NCBI GenBank assembly: GCA_965215265.1
Contig: OZ244048.1
Span: forward strand, 1,152,001-1,216,000
Source: Candidatus Poribacteria bacterium
GTDB lineage: Bacteria; Poribacteria; WGA-4E; WGA-3G
Direction of reading: 5' to 3'
Length of the DNA: 64,000 bases
Shown here: piece by piece, positions 52,001-62,738 of the stretch
Layout of the letters: every line of letters starts with the position of its first letter
Numbering within the stretch: the stretch's first letter is position 1
Notes under the pieces: generated by a model
Told to the model about the DNA's origin: nothing
Seen by the model: only the letters and a program-made list of their open reading frames with translations
Database searches by the model: none
Position numbers and translations under genes: made by a program

Positions 52001-52030
52001 TTGACATTAAAACGACAATCATGTTATTAT
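52001..52030 (+). promoter_or_regulatory. Probable promoter of the VWA cluster
   Basis: TTGACA, 18-nt spacer, TG-extended TATTAT. Confidence 0.5.
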
Positions 52031-52066
52031 ATTTTCTGAAAGAGACTATAGGAATCATAACAAAAT

Positions 52067-54490
52067 ATGCGATTTACCTATTTTTGGCCCGGATGGGCAA
52101 TTGCTCTCGGCATCGCTATCGCGATTGGCGTAACTGTGTTTATCTATCTGCGGCTCAACCATCCAGTGCAGCCGACTCACCGATTTTTACTGATCGCCCT
52201 GCGGAGCACAGCCGTCACTCTGTTGCTCGGTTGTCTGTTGGCGCCCGTGGTCATCGAAAAAAAAGACATCACACCTCCAACACATCTCTCTGTCTTAGTG
52301 GATACCTCACAAAGTATGAAACTTGTCGATGGAGGTACCACGTCACGACTCAGTCAAGTAAATCACCTCTTGTTTGGTGAGATGAACACGTTTCTACAAG
52401 CCCTGAGCAAAAGGTTTAAGGTTCATGTCTACCCTTTTGACACCGAACTGCATCAACCTTTAACGGGTACGGAGCCGTTTGCACTAAATCCGACGGGCGC
52501 GTTGACAGATATTGGAACGGCTGTCCGTCAAGCTGCCGCCGAATGGAAAGGACAACAACATGCAGGAATAGTCCTGATCACGGATGGCGTACAGAATGCG
52601 AACCCATTGTCGCTGGAGTCCGTAGATGCATTGCAAACGCCTATCTACCCAATCGGTGTCGGAGCCGTCGAACCTCCCAAGGATATCCAGATTCAGCGGA
52701 TTGAAGTTTCACCTATGGCTTACACCGGACATGAACATGCCATCCGGGTGACAGTCGTGCAAACCGGCTACACCGGACAGACAACTCGCTTATCCCTACG
52801 GTCCGAAAATGGCGAGATGGACACAAAATCCATCACTCCAGAGAATTCCGAACGAAAAACAGTTAATAGCAATACCCTCGTTGATGCCGTAACATTAACA
52901 CTCGCGGGCGAACCGCCGGCACCTGATGAGATGAGGACAAGCACAAAACAGGTGATTGAACTGAAGTTGACACCCGAAATAGCTGGATGTTTTCAATATA
53001 CCGTCACGCTGCCGGCGTTTGATGGCGAACTCACTGCTGAAAATAATCAAAAAACGTTCGCTCTAAAAGTGGTTAAAGCAACACTGAACGTTTTCTATTT
53101 AGAAGGGACACCGAGGTGGGAGCATACGTTTCTCAAGCGTGCCTTAATGCGGGACCCTGACATTGAGCTCACCACTGCCCTTTTCTCGAAGAAACCGCCT
53201 GCCGACTCAGCGCTTAAACGTTTAGACGGGTATTACCCAGGGAGCTCACGATTTCCTGATACCCGCGAAGAACTCTTCAAGTATGATGCATTAATCTTAG
53301 GTGACATCGGAGCAGAACATCTAACTGCCGCGCAACAAGGGTTCATTGTCGATTTTGTTGAAGCTGCCGGAAAAGCGATTTTCTTTTTACCCTCGCGAAC
53401 AGCACTCGGTAGGGACGGACTCATAAACACGGCACTCGCGCGCCTCTTGCCGATTGAGATTCCCGTCACGGGATGTCGTGTGTGGGACAAAGAGTTTCGC
53501 GTGCAATTGACGCGCGCTGGCGCGTTCCACCCGATGCTACAACTCGGAAACACACCTGACCGGAACGTGGCACTATGGCACGGTTTGCCTGCACTCTCGC
53601 GCCTTTTTCGCCAATTCAGACTTAGAAGCGGTGCAACTGTACTTCTGGAGAAAGGCATAAGCCGGGTCTCTCCATATAGCCCTTCAAGCCATCCGCTAAG
53701 GGCAGATGGCGCACGCCAAGAGTTTAACGTGGGGAGGACACCCAATAGGGATGCGGTGCTAATTTTTCAGCGGGCGGGGCTGGGTAAAAGCCTCCTCATT
53801 GCAGCAGAAGGCTTATGGAATTGGGATTTTGGTGAAACAGACCTCCGCATCTATCCACAGTTCTGGGCACAAGCAATCCGGTGGATGGCAACCACCACCC
53901 CAACAGATGCACAGCGGCTATACCTCACCACGGATGCTTCCACGTACGCAATTGGAGATACGGTTTCCGTTACCGCACAGGTTTATTCGGAAACAGGCTC
54001 CAATCTCGGTACAGCGCAAAATGCGCTTCAAGCAGGTACAACGGTTCAAATAGAGGTAGTACCGCCAGAAGGTGCACCGTTCCCACTACGGGTTGGACAC
54101 GCCACAACGGATGCGACAACCGCAGACAACCGTTATACCGCACAATTTGAGGCACAACACAAGGGGACATACCGTATCCGTGCCACAAGCACAGCGAGCC
54201 ATAGTGTGTCTACCGGCGATGAAACCGCCATCTACGTTCAGCCGCAGCTGGTGGAATTGGAGGCACCACAACGGAACGACTCGCTGCTCAATCAGTTAGC
54301 CGCTCAAACCGGAGGCTCCTACGTTGCTATCGCGGAGGCCGATCAGCTCCCCGAAAAGATTGTAGATGTCCAAGTGCCGGTTTTCGTTAATGAAGCGCGT
54401 GACATCTGGGCGCATCCACTCCTGCTTATCGGCATTGTTGCCATGCTGGGGACGGAATGGTTTTTACGCAAACGCATCGGGTTGACTTAG
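52067..54490 (+). CDS. Membrane protein with VWA and glutamine-amidotransferase-like domains
   Basis: DTSQSM MIDAS, ITDG, RWEHTFLKRAL, YDALILGD, C-terminal EWFLRKR. Confidence 0.8.
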   Translation: MRFTYFWPGWAIALGIAIAIGVTVFIYLRLNHPVQPTHRFLLIALRSTAVTLLLGCLLAPVVIEKKDITPPTHLSVLVDTSQSMKLVDGGTTSRLSQVNHLLFGEMNTFLQALSKRFKVHVYPFDTELHQPLTGTEPFALNPTGALTDIGTAVRQAAAEWKGQQHAGIVLITDGVQNANPLSLESVDALQTPIYPIGVGAVEPPKDIQIQRIEVSPMAYTGHEHAIRVTVVQTGYTGQTTRLSLRSENGEMDTKSITPENSERKTVNSNTLVDAVTLTLAGEPPAPDEMRTSTKQVIELKLTPEIAGCFQYTVTLPAFDGELTAENNQKTFALKVVKATLNVFYLEGTPRWEHTFLKRALMRDPDIELTTALFSKKPPADSALKRLDGYYPGSSRFPDTREELFKYDALILGDIGAEHLTAAQQGFIVDFVEAAGKAIFFLPSRTALGRDGLINTALARLLPIEIPVTGCRVWDKEFRVQLTRAGAFHPMLQLGNTPDRNVALWHGLPALSRLFRQFRLRSGATVLLEKGISRVSPYSPSSHPLRADGARQEFNVGRTPNRDAVLIFQRAGLGKSLLIAAEGLWNWDFGETDLRIYPQFWAQAIRWMATTTPTDAQRLYLTTDASTYAIGDTVSVTAQVYSETGSNLGTAQNALQAGTTVQIEVVPPEGAPFPLRVGHATTDATTADNRYTAQFEAQHKGTYRIRATSTASHSVSTGDETAIYVQPQLVELEAPQRNDSLLNQLAAQTGGSYVAIAEADQLPEKIVDVQVPVFVNEARDIWAHPLLLIGIVAMLGTEWFLRKRIGLT

Positions 54491-54921
54491 CGGAGGATTT
54501 TTGTATCTTTAAGCCCTATACTGCTCTATGTTTTGTTAATTACCGTGAAAATCTCGTCTGAGCCTTTCTAGGTTATGTATCTATACATCAAAGGATTTGG
54601 GTGGACGGGCGGCGAGTGGCAGGATAGGTAAGTTTACGAAACGAAGTTGAGGGTGGCGGGGTAGAGGGTAGCAAAGTGGCGAGATAGGTAGTTTACGCGT
54701 GTCCTTCAGGATACGCTTACTACCTATTCTGCCAACACACGAGTTATTATTACATAACCTTTGATGGTACGGAGATTCTTTCGTCTACAGGAGCCCAATA
54801 AAGGCTGCCCAGTGGGTGTCAGGTAAAAGGTTATCTTCTCTCATGGACAGAGAAAGATACCTATCCTGCCAACACATGACTCATCAAAACACAGACGTTG
54901 ATGGTACGGAGATATACGAAA
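54490..54921. repeat. Composite cluster of palindromic repeat modules
   Basis: AGTGGCAGGATAGGTA and AGTGGCGAGATAGGTA...TACCTATTCTGCCAAC hairpin; AAGGCTGCCCAGTGGGTGTCAGGTAAAAGG...CCTGCCAACAC...GGTACGGAGATATAC. Modules are shared with 55680, 59550, 62596, 63523 and 25865. Confidence 0.75.
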
Positions 54922-55653
54922 ATGCGTAAGAGATATAGATACCTAACGGATCTTATCCGTGACAGAGATAGAAAAATAAAATCCTTGAAAACGGGGCTTT
55001 TCACCGGGTGCCTTCTAGTTCTCCTCTTTCCGCTTCAACAGCAAGGTATTTCTCTCGGAGAGCAATTTACCATCGCACAGGTCCAATATGGAGGCGGTGG
55101 GGATTGGTATGGGGATGCGACGGTTATTCCTAATTGGCTTCAGCTTCTTCGCGCACGCACAGACATTGAAACGGCTGAAGACCGGGTGATTCTTAACTTA
55201 ACAGATCACACACTTTATCAATACCCGATGCTCTACTTGGTCGGGCACGGGAATATCCTTTTCACAGAGAGCGAAGTTGAGGTACTGCGTGACTACCTGA
55301 CACATGGCGGCTTCCTTTTTGTTAACGATGACTACGGCTTAGACGCGAGTTTTCGCCGCGAAATGCTGCGTGTGTTTCCAGAACAGCCACTGCAACCGAT
55401 ACCGAACAGCCATGAACTTTATAGTTGTTTTTATGAATTGCCGGGGCTCCCAAAAATTCATGAACACGATTCGGAACCGGCACAAGGGTTTGGGCTCTTC
55501 CATGAAGGACGGATGATAGTTTACTACGCTTACAGTTCAGACATCGGAGACGGACTTGAAGACGCAGATGTGCATCCAGGGGATACACCTGTTGTTCGCG
55601 AACTCGCCGCAAAGATGGCAGTGAATATCGCCGTCTATGTGCTAACTCATTAA
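54922..55653 (+). CDS. DUF4159 domain protein
   Basis: YGGGGDWY, YPMLYLVGHG, GGFLFVNDDY, DIGDG; start codon uncertain. Confidence 0.85.
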   Translation: MRKRYRYLTDLIRDRDRKIKSLKTGLFTGCLLVLLFPLQQQGISLGEQFTIAQVQYGGGGDWYGDATVIPNWLQLLRARTDIETAEDRVILNLTDHTLYQYPMLYLVGHGNILFTESEVEVLRDYLTHGGFLFVNDDYGLDASFRREMLRVFPEQPLQPIPNSHELYSCFYELPGLPKIHEHDSEPAQGFGLFHEGRMIVYYAYSSDIGDGLEDADVHPGDTPVVRELAAKMAVNIAVYVLTH

Positions 55654-55687
55654 ATAAATCTAAACCTAAGGAATCTCCGATCTATAG

Positions 55688-55880
55688 ATGGCAGTTAAAA
55701 GGGAAGGACAGAAAAAGAACCTATCCTGCCACGAGATTTGTAAAGATTTTAGAAAAACATAAGGCTTGATGTGCTACACTATAGAAAAAAAGGCTCTGAC
55801 GAGATTTCTAAGGGGCTTATCAAAGCAGCAGCCTTTAACGGGCTGAAATATACAAGAAAACGGAGATATACAAAAAAAAC
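55688..55880. repeat. Degenerate copy of the intergenic repeat family
   Basis: TGGCAGTTAAAAGG...ACCTATCCTGCCA; GGCTCTGACGAGATTT; GCAGCCTTTAACGGGCTGAAATATAC; CGGAGATATACAAAA. Confidence 0.6.
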
Positions 55881-58800
55881 ATGCAAACGCAAAATGTCAA
55901 TCGAGCCTACGAGACTATTATTGCCACGCTTCGCGCCACCCGGAAAAAGTGGCGATGGCTGATTTTTACCGAAGGCGTGCTGCTCAGCATTAGTATCCTT
56001 TCACTCGTCATGATGGTTGCCCTCCTAGGGTTTCAGATGCCGCTACCCCGTTGGATACGTCCGACGATTGTACTGTGTGCCATCGGTGTCGGCATCTATA
56101 CACTGACCCGGACCCTTCTTCTACCACTGTTCCGCAAACTGACAGATGCCCAGGTGGCAGTGCGTCTCGAGCACGATAACGCAAGAAAAAACCGGATGCT
56201 GAGTGCTGTACAGCTGAAAGACACATTAACGAACAACCGGTTCGGGTACGCAACCGATTTTATCGAACAGTTGATCGTTAAGGCCGAGGGCGATATCCAG
56301 CATATCCAACTGAAACAAGTATTTCAGCGCGAGTTTCAAAAGATCAAGCGGAATGCGGGGCTTGCCGTTGCAGCCTTGTCACTTTCCATCCTGGCGGTAT
56401 TTTGGTTACCGGCTGCTTTCACGAATCTCGTTCAAACCTTCCAAGGTTTGCCACAGACACCGCAGGAGATGCTGAACGTCCAAATTGACGATATTCAGCC
56501 TGGCAACGTCGAGATTGAGCGCGGAACAGATGTAGAGATTACCGCAAACGTGCGCGGGCACCTCGGTGCACCGGTCGCTCTTTACTATCAGGTTGGAGAA
56601 CTGGATGAAAAGGTTAGCACAACGGAATGGCAAGTACTCAGCATGCATCAAAGACCGGCAGAAATACTGTATCAAGGAATGATCAAAAACGTCAACCGGC
56701 CTCTACAATACTTTATTCAGGTAAAGGATGCCGCCTCGGAAACGTACCAGATTACCGTGCATCATGAGCCGATAGTCAAACAGTTCCAACTGCAACTCAA
56801 TGCCCCGGCTTATACAAAACTTCCGCCACAAACGTTAGCAGCGAACATAGGTGATATCCAGACGCTCTTTGGGACAGAAGTCGTATTCACCGGTACAAGC
56901 AATCAAACGCTTGCTGAAGCTTATATAGATTTTGACGAGAGTCCAGACGTTTCTTTACAAGTGACAAATACAGATGATAGAGGGGCAACGCTGCGTGGAA
57001 CTTTCCTCTCACAACGAAGCGAAAACTATCACATCCGTTTACTCGCACAGGATGGCAGCACTACAAATCGCGCACCGATCCAGTGGACAGTTCAAGTTCT
57101 CAAAGATCGCGCACCGACCGTGGACATCGTTGAACCCTCGCGAGACACCGTTCTGGATGATACAATGTTAGTACCCCTAAAAGTTGAGGCTGATGATGAC
57201 TATGGGATCCAGAAGTTACAACTCGTTTATCGCGTTGAAAAAGAAGGACAAGAATCGGTAAAGCTGCCCTTAAAGATTTGGAACCCTACGCAGCACGCTG
57301 TCTTTCTAACGTACACGTGGGATGTAGAACCGGTAGGGCTATTTCCGGGTGAAACGCTCGCTTATTACGTCCAAGCCTTTGACTCCGATAACGTCTCCGG
57401 GCCCAATATCGGTACATCGCAAACGTATACGCTTCGTTTCCCCTCTCTATCTGAATTATACGACACGATTGCAGAGGAACAGCAGTTAGAACAACAAGGA
57501 TTTGAATCCTTGTTTGATGAGCAAGAGAGCGCGACCGGGTTAGTAGATACGCTCTTAAATAAAATCCGTAAAAGCCACGAACTTACCTTCAAGGATGAAA
57601 ATCTGATGCAACAGGTCATGGACACCCAGAAACGGATAGAGGAAAGAGCGACACAACTTCTTGAAGAAATGAAGCAGACAGCGGCAGAGATGGAAAATAA
57701 CGAACTCTTTGATCAGAAAACGCTCCAGAAATACCAAGAACTGCAGGCGTTGATGGAGGAGGCACTCTCTGAAGAACACAAAGAACTTTTGCGAAAGTTA
57801 TCAGAGGCGTTGGCAAAACAGGAGTTCACCGCGCAGGAAAAGGCTCTGATGGAGGCGAATCTCAATCAAGAGCAGTTTTTGCAGCAGCTGGAACGGGCCA
57901 AATCGCTCTATGAGCAACTCCTCCTTCAACAAGAACTTGAAGCGGCCGTCAAACAGGCAGAAGCCCTGGCTGAACAGCAGAAGCAGTTGATGACGACGTT
58001 AGAGGAGATAGAGATAATGCGTCTCAATGAAGAAGGTGTCGCTACTCTCGACAAAGATTTCGGACAGACTGATGAAGGCCTACGTGAAGGTAATGATGAG
58101 AAAAACACGCCAGCGGAACATGCCGACACGGGTAATGCTGACAAAAGCACGTCGTCGGAGACAGCCAACGACTTAGCGCAAAAAGAGGACAGAATCGGGG
58201 CGGAAGTGGAACATCTCCAAGAAAAATTGGAGAAACTCGGCACAGATATGCACAAACTCGCCGAAAACCAAGAGAATCCGCCACCACAAATCGAGAAACT
58301 CGCAGACGAAATGATACGACTCAACCAGTTTGCATCAGAGCACAAACTCGCCGAAACGCTCCAAACTACCAGTGAGCGCCTGCGTCAAGCGCAAACCCAA
58401 CAAGCGCTTGAGTCCGGACGGGAGGCGGAACAGACGTTGTCAGAACTCGCACAAGGTTTAGATAACGCTTTGGAATTCATGGAAGGGGCGAACGCTGATG
58501 AGACACAAACCGCCATGCGTCAAGCTGTTTCAAGCGCACTGCAACTCTCACACTTACATGAGAAGGTTATCAATCAGACCGATGCGCTGCTTGCTGTGGG
58601 CGATTCCGCTTATATTCCCAGTGAAATCCAGCGTATGCAACAACTTGCCGCCGACGAACTCAGTACGGCGGCCGGTGTATCGCAGCTCGCGACGCAGCTC
58701 TGGGAGCTCGGCATGCGGCAGATGGAGGTACCGCCGGAAATTGTATGGCAGCTTAACGCTTCAAACGACGCACTCTCTCGCGCAGCACGTGCCCTTGAAG

Positions 58801-59474
58801 ACCGGCAACCGCAACTCGCTTTGCCTATCCAACGCACCGCTCTTGCCGAACTCAATCAGGCTATCTTTCAACTGCTCAATGCGATGGGACAAATGAACCA
58901 GCAGATGGGGGCAAGCGGATTAGAAAACATGCTCGAGCAGCTGCAACAACTCGCCCAAAATCAAGAGCAGCTGAACCAGATGACACAACAACTGAACCAA
59001 CAAATGCGGCAGCAGGGACAGACCCCAGGGCTACAAGAACTTCTCAGACAACTTGCTGGACAACAGCAACTTCTCCGTGAGGCAACGGAACGCCTCGCTG
59101 AAATGGCAGAGAAAATGGCGGAAATGCTGGGGAGCCTTGAACAGGTCGCAGACGAGATGACAGAGGTTGAGCAACGTCTCCAGCAAGGCACACTTGACGA
59201 ACCCGTCATCGAAAAACAGCAACAGATTCTAACACGGATGCTTGATAGCTTAAAGTCACTACAAAAACGCGATGTCGGAAAGCGACGCAAAGCGGAGGTT
59301 GCTAAAGACCCGGCCGCCAGCGCGCAGGAAGTGCCGCCACTGCACCCCCAGCTGCTTGAAATCGTCCGAAAATTAGAAAACGCCCCTAGTGCAGCCGAAG
59401 TGGAAAGTCTGCCTTTTCAATATCGGGAACAACTCCGGCTGTACTTCAGGGCACTCTCACGGAAAACACAGTGA
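55881..59474 (+). CDS. DUF4175-like membrane-anchored coiled-coil protein
   Basis: N-terminal TM helices, DDYGI, AFDSDNVSGP, Q-rich coiled coil, QQQILTRML, C-terminal YREQLRLYF. Confidence 0.8.
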   Translation: MQTQNVNRAYETIIATLRATRKKWRWLIFTEGVLLSISILSLVMMVALLGFQMPLPRWIRPTIVLCAIGVGIYTLTRTLLLPLFRKLTDAQVAVRLEHDNARKNRMLSAVQLKDTLTNNRFGYATDFIEQLIVKAEGDIQHIQLKQVFQREFQKIKRNAGLAVAALSLSILAVFWLPAAFTNLVQTFQGLPQTPQEMLNVQIDDIQPGNVEIERGTDVEITANVRGHLGAPVALYYQVGELDEKVSTTEWQVLSMHQRPAEILYQGMIKNVNRPLQYFIQVKDAASETYQITVHHEPIVKQFQLQLNAPAYTKLPPQTLAANIGDIQTLFGTEVVFTGTSNQTLAEAYIDFDESPDVSLQVTNTDDRGATLRGTFLSQRSENYHIRLLAQDGSTTNRAPIQWTVQVLKDRAPTVDIVEPSRDTVLDDTMLVPLKVEADDDYGIQKLQLVYRVEKEGQESVKLPLKIWNPTQHAVFLTYTWDVEPVGLFPGETLAYYVQAFDSDNVSGPNIGTSQTYTLRFPSLSELYDTIAEEQQLEQQGFESLFDEQESATGLVDTLLNKIRKSHELTFKDENLMQQVMDTQKRIEERATQLLEEMKQTAAEMENNELFDQKTLQKYQELQALMEEALSEEHKELLRKLSEALAKQEFTAQEKALMEANLNQEQFLQQLERAKSLYEQLLLQQELEAAVKQAEALAEQQKQLMTTLEEIEIMRLNEEGVATLDKDFGQTDEGLREGNDEKNTPAEHADTGNADKSTSSETANDLAQKEDRIGAEVEHLQEKLEKLGTDMHKLAENQENPPPQIEKLADEMIRLNQFASEHKLAETLQTTSERLRQAQTQQALESGREAEQTLSELAQGLDNALEFMEGANADETQTAMRQAVSSALQLSHLHEKVINQTDALLAVGDSAYIPSEIQRMQQLAADELSTAAGVSQLATQLWELGMRQMEVPPEIVWQLNASNDALSRAARALEDRQPQLALPIQRTALAELNQAIFQLLNAMGQMNQQMGASGLENMLEQLQQLAQNQEQLNQMTQQLNQQMRQQGQTPGLQELLRQLAGQQQLLREATERLAEMAEKMAEMLGSLEQVADEMTEVEQRLQQGTLDEPVIEKQQQILTRMLDSLKSLQKRDVGKRRKAEVAKDPAASAQEVPPLHPQLLEIVRKLENAPSAAEVESLPFQYREQLRLYFRALSRKTQ

Positions 59475-59550
59475 TGTCATAAACTCATTCTGGCAATAGT
59501 GTCTCTGGTGAAATGGGCACGGGTACTTTCACACTCATTTGCCTGAACGC

Positions 59551-59722
59551 TTTTTTGTATATCTCAGCCCCATCAAGGGTTATGTATTGTTAAATCCGAT
59601 CTAAGTCTCGTCGAAGATGACTTAGGTATAGTCTTTAAAGTCAAAACACCAGACGGCTCAGACGAGATTTTCACAGATTTTTACAAAACATAGAGCGTCA
59701 TTGGGCTCCTGTAGACGAAAAG
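59551..59722. repeat. Copy of the intergenic repeat family (inverted relative to 54540-54800)
   Basis: GGCTCAGACGAGATTTTCAC and ATTGGGCTCCTGTAGACGAAA are exact reverse complements of segments near 54545-54564 and 54779-54799. Confidence 0.7.
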
Positions 59723-59731
59723 AGGTAAAAG

Positions 59732-61399
59732 ATGCGTCTCAATTACATATTATATTTATCTGCGTGTTTCATTCTTTGCATTGCAATTCCGACGAACGCC
59801 TTCACCGAATCGGAGATAGACACCGTCATTCAGAAAATGTCTATTGAGGAAAAAGTTGGGCAGCTGCTGATGGTAGGCTTTGGTGGTAAAAAAGTGAGTG
59901 CCGTTGTCAAAGCACATATCACCAAACGTTTCGCTGGCGGAATCATCCTCTACGGTAGAAACATTGAAACGCCGGAGCAAGTAGCAAAACTCACAAGGGG
60001 CATCCAACAAATCGCTCAGCAAACCCCGAGTCGCATCCCGCTGTTTATCGCTACAGACCAGGAGGGGGGCATCGTCACGCGACTGAAAAAGGGCGCGACT
60101 GTGCTACCCGGAAACATGGCATTAGGTGCAACCCGTAATGAGATGTTGGCAGAACAGGCTGGGGAATTGACTGGAGTTGAATTGGCAGCCGTTGGAATTA
60201 ACCTCAATTTTGCACCTGTCATGGATGTTAATAACAACCCGCGCAACCCGGTCATTTCGGTGCGTTCCTACGGTGAATCTCCCCACCTTGTTTCTCAACT
60301 CGGCACCGCTTACATCCGCGGTTTGCAGCGTCAAAACGTACTTGCTGTTGCTAAACATTTCCCAGGACACGGCGATACCCACGTGGATTCCCACAAAAAA
60401 CTGCCGACTGTCAGACATGATACAGAACGATTTTCCGCAGTGGAACTTGTCCCTTTTCGCGCAGCAATTGACGCGCGAGTCAATGCCATCATGTCCGCCC
60501 ATATCCTCTATCCAGCATTGGATGAAGATGTGCCGGCGACACTGTCACATCGCATTCTCACCGGAGTCCTACGCGAGCAGCTCGGATTTGAAGGGCTCAT
60601 CATCACCGATGATCTTGAGATGAAAGCGATTGATACCCACTATCAGACAGAGCGAGCAGCTGTCATGGCGATTCAAGCTGGGGCTGACATTATTCTCGTC
60701 CCGTGGACGCTCAAAAAACAACAGCAGGCTTACAACGCGCTTCGGAAAGCAGTGCAACGAGGTGACATTCCCATCGCCCGTCTTGACAAATCGGTACGGC
60801 GTATCTTAGCGGCGAAGAGTGCGCTTAGGCAAACGGTTCGGAACCTTGAAGATGTCGGCAGTTCAAAACATCGCGATATTGCCCAAACCATCGCTGCACG
60901 TGCAATAACCCTAGTCAAAAACCACGGACGCGCTCTCCCGTTAAAAACAGAAACTTCGCAGGTGCCCACCCTCCTGATTAGTCCTTCGCGTCTGTTTGCA
61001 AATACATTCCGCAAGGCACACACGGATATTTCCCATATCACATCCGTGCCGATTCCGAAACAATTTAACGCCGAATCACTGTTACGCCTATTGATTCAGG
61101 AATCACAAGGTACGTCCGTTATTGTCGCCGGAATTGCATCCGGGCAGCAAGCCGAACTGATTCACCAGCTCAGCCAACGTACATCGATACCCATCGTCGT
61201 TATCTCATTCGCATCGCCTTATCTGCTCGCAAAATGCCCCGACGTTGCTGCTGCAATCGCTGCTTACGATGAAAATTACGTTTCTATGCTCGCAGCAGTG
61301 GAAGTGTTATTAGGGAAAAAACAAGCAACGGGGACACTGCCCGTTACAATTCCGACTACGGATGCAGCCGGTGCAAGTAAAAAAACATTACCTAAGTAA
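59732..61399 (+). CDS. nagZ: GH3 beta-N-acetylhexosaminidase
   Basis: DQEGG, KHFPGHGDTHVDSH, ITDDLEM; signal peptide; GH3 C-terminal domain. Confidence 0.9.
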   Translation: MRLNYILYLSACFILCIAIPTNAFTESEIDTVIQKMSIEEKVGQLLMVGFGGKKVSAVVKAHITKRFAGGIILYGRNIETPEQVAKLTRGIQQIAQQTPSRIPLFIATDQEGGIVTRLKKGATVLPGNMALGATRNEMLAEQAGELTGVELAAVGINLNFAPVMDVNNNPRNPVISVRSYGESPHLVSQLGTAYIRGLQRQNVLAVAKHFPGHGDTHVDSHKKLPTVRHDTERFSAVELVPFRAAIDARVNAIMSAHILYPALDEDVPATLSHRILTGVLREQLGFEGLIITDDLEMKAIDTHYQTERAAVMAIQAGADIILVPWTLKKQQQAYNALRKAVQRGDIPIARLDKSVRRILAAKSALRQTVRNLEDVGSSKHRDIAQTIAARAITLVKNHGRALPLKTETSQVPTLLISPSRLFANTFRKAHTDISHITSVPIPKQFNAESLLRLLIQESQGTSVIVAGIASGQQAELIHQLSQRTSIPIVVISFASPYLLAKCPDVAAAIAAYDENYVSMLAAVEVLLGKKQATGTLPVTIPTTDAAGASKKTLPK

Positions 61400-61501
61400 T
61401 CTCTGACGAGAGCTACATCGGATTTACACACAACATAACCGTTTAGGGTTAAGAATTCACCCCGCGTGCGGGGACAATTCTTAACGGAGAGATACGAAAA
61501 C

Positions 61502-62539
61502 ATGACACGCTACACAACCGTCAGCATCGTTGATGATGCATTTTATATCAACGGAGAAATTACCTATAAAGGACGCTCCTACCAAGGGCATAAGATTGAA
61601 GGCTTACTCCTCAATAGCCGCATGGTGCAAGGGCTCTTTGACGATAGGAATCCGGAGACTGTCCATCGGTGGGAATACCCCGACACCGGCGAATGGGATG
61701 CCGAACGAAATACCCGAGAATTCCTTGATGCTATGCCGGAATGGCGTTCTTATGGGCTCCTCGCCTTTACTATCAATATTCAAGGCGGAAGCCCGGAGGG
61801 CTACTCTAAAGCGCAGCCCTGGCACAACTCAGGCTTTGAAGTCGATGGGAGTCTCAACCCGGAATACTTGTCTCGACTAGAGCGCATCATCGACCGTGCG
61901 GATGAACTCGGCATGGTGGTAATGCTCGGCTACTTCTACTTCGGGCAGGACCACCGTCTCGCGGATGAGACTGCCGTTATACGCGCCACCGACAACGCAA
62001 CTCACTGGCTTTTTGACAAAGGGTATACTAACGTTATCGTTGAGGTTAACAACGAATGCAACGTCCGGTATTCACATGAAATTCTGAGGCCTGAGCGCGT
62101 GCATGAGCTCATTGAACGCGTCAAAGCGACAACACGTGACGACAGAAGATTCCTCACAGGCACGAGTTACGGGGGAGGCAGAGTCCCGTTTGAAAACGTC
62201 GTCAGAGCTTCTGATTTTCTTCTTATCCACGGCAACGGTGTCAGCGATGCGAACCGCATTGTTGAAATGGTACAGCAGACGCGGAACGTGTCCGGATACC
62301 GCCCAATGCCCATTCTCTTCAACGAGGATGACCATTTTGATTTTGACAAACCGTTTAACAACTTTATCGCCGCCGTCAGCCAATACGCTTCGTGGGGGTA
62401 CTTTGATCCCGGCGAAAATGACTATCATCACGGCTATCAGTCCGTACCCGTCCAATGGAAAATCAACACGCCGCGAAAACGCGCTTTTTTCCAGAAGGTA
62501 CGCGAGATGACTACTGCCCCATCATCGCGACTCGGATGA
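61502..62539 (+). CDS. Glycoside hydrolase-like TIM-barrel protein
   Basis: VEVNNE and LFNED acidic motifs typical of clan GH-A; ATG 61502 with RBS GGAG. Confidence 0.65.
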   Translation: MTRYTTVSIVDDAFYINGEITYKGRSYQGHKIEGLLLNSRMVQGLFDDRNPETVHRWEYPDTGEWDAERNTREFLDAMPEWRSYGLLAFTINIQGGSPEGYSKAQPWHNSGFEVDGSLNPEYLSRLERIIDRADELGMVVMLGYFYFGQDHRLADETAVIRATDNATHWLFDKGYTNVIVEVNNECNVRYSHEILRPERVHELIERVKATTRDDRRFLTGTSYGGGRVPFENVVRASDFLLIHGNGVSDANRIVEMVQQTRNVSGYRPMPILFNEDDHFDFDKPFNNFIAAVSQYASWGYFDPGENDYHHGYQSVPVQWKINTPRKRAFFQKVREMTTAPSSRLG

Positions 62540-62595
62540 ACCGTTACTTTCACACTCGCCGAATGCCATGCGGTATTCGTAGCGTTGACTCAGAA

Positions 62596-62716
62596 TTTTC
62601 GTATATTTCAGCCCGATACAAGGCTGCCCAGTGGGTAGCAGGTAAAAGGTAATTCGAACCTGCCAACACACGAACCATCAAAAGCATAAACGTTGACGGT
62701 ACGGAGATATACAAAA
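62596..62716. repeat. MITE/REP-like element
   Basis: Highly similar to 54801-54921. Imperfect terminal inverted repeats TTTTCGTATATTTC / GAGATATACAAAA and an internal GCAGGT...ACCTGC hairpin. Confidence 0.75.
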
Positions 62717-62738
62717 AAACAAAAAAAGGAATCAAGAT

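Noticed and set aside
54490-54921. Possible CRISPR array
   Set aside because: The repeats are degenerate, irregularly spaced and palindromic, with no constant repeat-spacer period, and there are no cas genes.
58880-59110. Low-complexity CAG/CAA-rich stretch
   Set aside because: It encodes the Q-rich coiled coil typical of DUF4175-like proteins.
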